64,000 bases of DNA, from contig OZ024743.1 in the NCBI GenBank assembly GCA_964016885.1, forward strand, positions 254,882,001-254,946,000, given 5' to 3'. The first letter of the stretch is position 1. The number at the start of each line of letters is the position of its first letter. Of this stretch, positions 58,383-64,000 are shown in pieces. The DNA is from Eledone cirrhosa (Eukaryota). The position numbers and the translations under genes were made by a program. The notes under the pieces were generated by a model, which was given only the letters and a program-made list of their open reading frames with translations, was not told where the DNA came from and made no database searches.

Positions 58383-59066
58383 ACTAGCGGCGTTGCACGG
58401 GATAAGGTATTTTGGAACGCTGGCCGCCAATAGACTTAAAAAATGCATGCCTGGACAATATGTAAAGAATATAAATCGAATACTCTGATGGCTGGATAAT
58501 CTTTAAGATTCTCCTCGATGAAGCAGGAAAAATGCAGGTTTTCACCTAATGCGGTCCGTAAGGGATCAAGAAAATGAATTTTTTTTATGTGCATAATATG
58601 CCTTGAAATTTCAGGAAAATCGGCTAGACGTAACGCCTCCAAAAAGCCCTAAGAAGCTGAAAAAATGAAGTTTTTTACCTAATGCGGGCCCTAGGAGATA
58701 CAAAAAGCTGAAACATAAGTAATACATATGTAAAGTTTGAAAGAAATCGGTTGGGTACTTCTCGAGTTTTAGGGATTCAAACTCACACACACACACACAC
58801 ACACATAGACATCCTCAAGTAAGTGACGTAATGCAGACCATCAGACATGCAGACGGATATTATAATGGCGCGACGTTATAAGTATGTATCTATCTAAAAA
58901 GAGAAAGACTAAGAATTATAGAGCGAGATCGCTAAATCGCCTAATCGGGTCCCTGTGGCATACAATATTTGAATTCTTTTCTGCTCAGAACACTCCCTGA
59001 AACATAAGTATTACATGTGTAAAGTTTGAAAACAGTCGGTTGGGTGGTTCTCGAATTTTAGGGATT
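58383..59066 (-). mobile_element. Non-autonomous Helitron/Helentron(DINE)-like element
   Basis: Minus-strand end CCCGTGCAACGCCG-CTAGT, repeated AAAGTTTGAA..AATCGG.. blocks followed by (CA)n/(TA)n. Confidence 0.55.
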
Positions 59067-59069
59067 ATA

Positions 59070-59127
<58 letters not shown>

Positions 59128-59239
59128 TATATATATACATATATGCATATATATATATATATGCATATATATATATATATATATATGTGTATATATACAT
59201 ATATATATGCATATACATATATGCATATATATATATATA

Positions 59240-59281
<42 letters not shown>

Positions 59282-59471
59282 TATATATATATTGATATGC
59301 ATATATATATATTTATATGCATATATATATATATATATGCATATATATATATATATATATATACACAATGACACACGTAAACACACATGCTCTATGGTGC
59401 AAAAAAAAATATATATGTGCATATATATGTATGTATATATGTATATATATATATATATATATGTAGTGAAA

Positions 59472-59516
<45 letters not shown>

Positions 59517-59812
59517 GTGAATATCATTTCACACCTTTTATTGTTAAGATTGTTGATGTTCTATTAAGAGAACCGATTTTACTGAAAAAAATCGAATAAT
59601 GTACACCATTTTACCAGGGGTGAAAAAAATACTGGTCCACCCACACACGCACACACACACACACACACATATATACACAAACACATACACACGCGTACAT
59701 CAACATACAAAGAGACTTATACACACACACACACACACACACGCACTTCTCCGTATAAGACAAAAGCTGAAAAATATCTTTTGACCTTCGAATGACTCTG
59801 CTGTGTGTATGT

Positions 59813-59846
<34 letters not shown>

Positions 59847-59915
59847 ATCTTAATAGCCATTTGACACACATCGCTGGTAGCTATTGTCGCAGCATCGAAC
59901 ACCTTACTACTACTA

Positions 59916-59981
<66 letters not shown>

Positions 59982-60016
59982 ACACACACATTTGTTGTGA
60001 AAGAGTCATTTCTCAA

Positions 60017-60251
60017 TCTTGGCGCAAAACCAATTTTTTATCCACATGACCTCTACCGACCAATCAAAATTGTTTTGACCGTAATTTTTGCTGGAGCCAC
60101 TTTTCTAACATTTTAACATAAAAACAGTCTTGGCGCAAAATCAACTTTTTACATTCACATGACCTCTACCGACCAATCAAAATTGTTTTGACCACAAGCA
60201 TTTTTACAACACAAAAATAACGCTGGAGCCATTTTTTTAACATAAAAACAG
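60017..60251. repeat. ~110-125 bp tandem duplication
   Basis: TCTTGGCGCAAAA...CACATGACCTCTACCGACCAATCAAAATTGTTTTGACC...GCTGGAGCCA...AACATAAAAACAG occurs twice. Confidence 0.85.
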
Positions 60252-60467
60252 GTAGAATTGCCAAAACTAATCAGATCAGAGCAAACAGCACGGACACTCT
60301 ATCTCAAAATTATTTTTGAAAAGCATTTAGAAATGCGCAACCGGTAAAAACTTAAAAACTTAAAACCACAACTGAATACTAACCCATACAATCACTAATA
60401 CTCTTTTATTCCTAATTAAACCATTTTTCAACTGTGAACAATTTGTCAGCATTTTCTATTCCGTTTA

Positions 60468-60520
<53 letters not shown>

Positions 60521-60615
60521 AAAATTAAGATAATCAAAATTATGGGTGTCATGCCAGAAAGACATGCGCCATATCACCCACAAAATAAGATTCTAACGAA
60601 TAGGTCCGAGCATTT

Positions 60616-61188
<573 letters not shown>

Positions 61189-61237
61189 TATAGTGACGAA
61201 ACATAAGTCAATTGCATGAACTCATAATCCTTTATTT

Positions 61238-61295
61238 ACTGCTATATATATATTTCGATGATAGCCATTGAATGGATATGAACTCATCAGGCAGT
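61238..61295 (-). ncRNA. Type-I hammerhead ribozyme at the PLE 3' end
   Basis: ACTGC-CTGATGA-G(ttcatatCCAT tca ATGGctatcat)C-GAAA-TATATATA-TA-GCAGT. Perfect stem I, imperfect stem II. Confidence 0.8.
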
Positions 61296-61598
61296 TAGTC
61301 AGTTCTTAGATATGCCAGCTATGTGTTTATAGTGTTGATGGTATCACAGCCTTAGGACATAGCTTGTTAGGAATAATTTAATGTTGTCAGCAGGAATTGT
61401 CTTAATTCTCATTGGTCAGTTTGTAGATGCTAGTAGGGTTGGTATTTGATCTCAAAGAGGCAGGTGGTGTTGTAAAGTTCAAACCGTCAGGCAAGATGAC
61501 AATAGTTCCATATGACTGATTTTCACAAAAAGCATTCCTGGTCAGATATATATTCAATTAAGGTTAATAGTATGAAATAGATATTACAGGTCATCGTT

Positions 61599-61880
61599 AA
61601 ATTGAGGAATTTATGTGGAGTGGTGCTACTGAAAATTATGGTTAGAGTAGAAAATTTACAAATAAAAAGCCTTATGTAGGCTGGCTTGCACATACACTCA
61701 CACCCACCTCTACAGACACACACACATCCACACATACAAATTGAGGAATTAATGTGGGGTGGTAATACTTAAAATAATGGTTAGAGTCAAATACTTAGAT
61801 AGTTTAGAAAATTTAGAAATAAAAGGACTTATGTTGGTTGACTTGTATATACACTCACACCTACCCCCTCAGACAAACAC
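61599..61880. repeat. ~140-bp direct repeat within the PLE 3' UTR
   Basis: AAATTGAGGAATT.ATGTGG.GTGGT...ATGGTTAGAGT...ATACACTCACACC occurs twice. Confidence 0.8.
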
Positions 61881-62610
61881 AAACATCTACACAGACAAAT
61901 CCATACAGGTGTATATATATATATATATGTGTACGCACAAGTGCATATATATACACAACAGAGGCCCCCACATCCATGTATAAGGCAGACATAAAACTAG
62001 GTGGGTGTTATTTTTAAAGAAAAGTAAAGTGGGTGTTTGGAAAAGTTATTGTTTAGACTAGACAAAGGTAGAGTGTGATACATATCTTCACAGCAATAGC
62101 TTGGGAGCTTTGGAGCTTAGGCGAATCCCTTAGTACAGACATATATACCCACCCACAGTTTTATACTTCTGGATGCGCGTGTATGTCTATATACACATGT
62201 GCACTCATACAAGAGAGTATATACAAATATACTCTTAAGCATACACTCGAACATTTATCAATCCAACCTGGGGTATTAGTATTACGTTGCGTTCACATGA
62301 GTGTGTACATTCACGAAGTCCCAGTATACACACACAATGCACGGTTGCGGCCTCTCATTCATGCGTATAGGGTTAGTACCTTGGGATAATTGTTCTTCCT
62401 TTGTGGGTCGCTCCCGGGGGGGGGGTTCCCTCAGGTTCAATAAAGCGTGGTTTTGATCACTCCTAACCAGTAAAGGATCCGGTGGACCATCCACCATAGG
62501 GACCACAAACTATGGGTGGTTGTTGTTGTCCATTGGTCATTGGTACGGGGTGTAGGGGACTACAGGGGGGGGGCCTTAACCGGGGTTTATCCATATAGCT
62601 TGAGGAAAGC

Positions 62611-63528
62611 TCACGTCCTTAGGTGTCTGCAGGCACCGAATAAGTCGGCCCTTCTGTTTAATAGCTTGGTTCCGCCATGAAGTATCTCGAGTGTCTCACT
62701 AAGACAGAGGTTGCAAATACCAGACCCGCCTCTGTCTGGGGGAACCTTTCTAATCACGGACCAGACCAGATAGTGCGGGATCTTTTCAAGTTTGAGCTTC
62801 CAGATCATTTCAGAAAGGGCCGTACATTTCCTCTTATCTATTCTGTTAAAGGAATGGCGATGGTTATACCACTTATCTTTGAATCTCGTCGCTGTGGATC
62901 CTATGTAGTGGTGCTCCGAGTTAGGGGTTGTGACCTTGCACCTGTAGACTACGTTTTTCGTCATGCATTCATTACTAAGGGGGCAGAGTGATGGGTCTCT
63001 GCAATTACATGACTTCTTAAGCCCCACCACATGTACCGCGTGGTTACCATCACTCGGGGTTGGCTGGGTAGCTGCCGCAATCAGCACAGGGTCGTTGGGT
63101 TCCGGTGTGCTAGTTGGGCCTGTCCAAGGTCTGGTGCGTCCCGCGTGCTGGTTCAGTTGGGTGGCTCCGGGGTTTACGGTGGTATTAGAGGCAGTGAACC
63201 TATTCCTGTTTATGCCAGCTATGTGCTGGGCTACGGAGCGTGTGGTTGAGTAGGAAAGTTTCACCGTGTGCCTGTTGAATATTTTATGGTAGTTGTGGGC
63301 CCTAGGGAAAAATTTATCCAGTACTCTAAAGAATGTTCTAGCCAGGCTGGTACGTAGACCCGCCGAGTACAGAGGGTTATACCATGTGACCTTCCTGGTC
63401 CTATTCTTGCGGGGTTGTTGGGTGTCTGCCGTGGACCATCGCGTGGTTATGCACAGCTCAGGTCGAACTCGGTTGGTGTCACTCAGGTGTGCGGAGCGGT
63501 CACTATCATGAGGGTTATATGGGCCCAC
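62611..63528 (-). pseudogene. PLE ORF C-terminus: linker plus GIY-YIG endonuclease
   Basis: VVY...HYIGST..RFKDKWYNH. The upstream frame has stop codons. Confidence 0.88.
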
Positions 63529-63927
63529 CGTGGGGCTATAAACCTGCGAGGTGCGGCCTCCCTGATCAATTAGGGTTCGGCGGGTGGTGGGGCCGGTGCA
63601 CGGGTGGCTATGCTCCGCAGCAGCGTTGTAGGTATTAGACCGGTGGTGGTGATGGATAGGGGTCTGGGATTGTTATAAATCGTCACCGAGGTATTAGGTG
63701 GGCAACTCATGCCCCTGAGGGTATTGGTCCGGGGTAACCTTGGGTAATCTCGATCATGTCTCTAGAGGGTTATAGCTCATTCTATGGCTGTGGGACGCCT
63801 TAGCTAGCGCTGAGTTATAGTAATCAGCATTACTATTGAAGATCTCTTTATTGGCCGACAAGTTAGAGATCCTGTCAGAGACACTCTTAACTAGGGCCTT
63901 AACTATAGATATGCATATATATATATA

Positions 63928-63991
<64 letters not shown>

Positions 63992-64000
63992 TATATATAC

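Larger units (their letters stand above)
61190..63905 (-). mobile_element. 5'-truncated Penelope-like element (RT thumb, GIY-YIG endonuclease, 3' UTR, hammerhead)
   Basis: KSVSDRISNLSANKEIFN...YNSAL; WYNPLYS...HKIFNRHTVKLSYS; CNCR..CPL..C...VVY...YIGST...NLCLSE...LLNRR...CRH; hammerhead at 61238-61295. Confidence 0.9.

Overview
AT-rich eukaryotic (animal) genomic DNA made almost entirely of repeats. The SINE/LINE repertoire and very long (TA)n tracts resemble an octopod/cephalopod genome (inference). No host protein-coding gene could be supported, and the many 'IYIY' ORFs are translations of microsatellites. The window has a 200-N gap, CR1-clade LINE fragments of two families, a decayed Gypsy LTR element, a near full-length L1/Tx1 LINE, a near full-length RTE LINE with a PHD-like finger plus several RTE 3' ends, an R4/Dong remnant, a mariner relic, a hAT MITE, a Helitron-like element, two tRNA-SINE families and Penelope-like (GIY-YIG) elements. 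The signal not visible in the ORF track is a set of at least nine minimal type-I hammerhead ribozyme motifs of unrelated sequence, most lying 30-230 nt upstream of a (TA)n tract. One sits in a non-coding ~590-nt circularly permuted unit that looks like a retrozyme (12243-13019). Three large foldback/inverted-repeat structures carry half or relic hammerhead motifs. All alignments and folds were done by eye.
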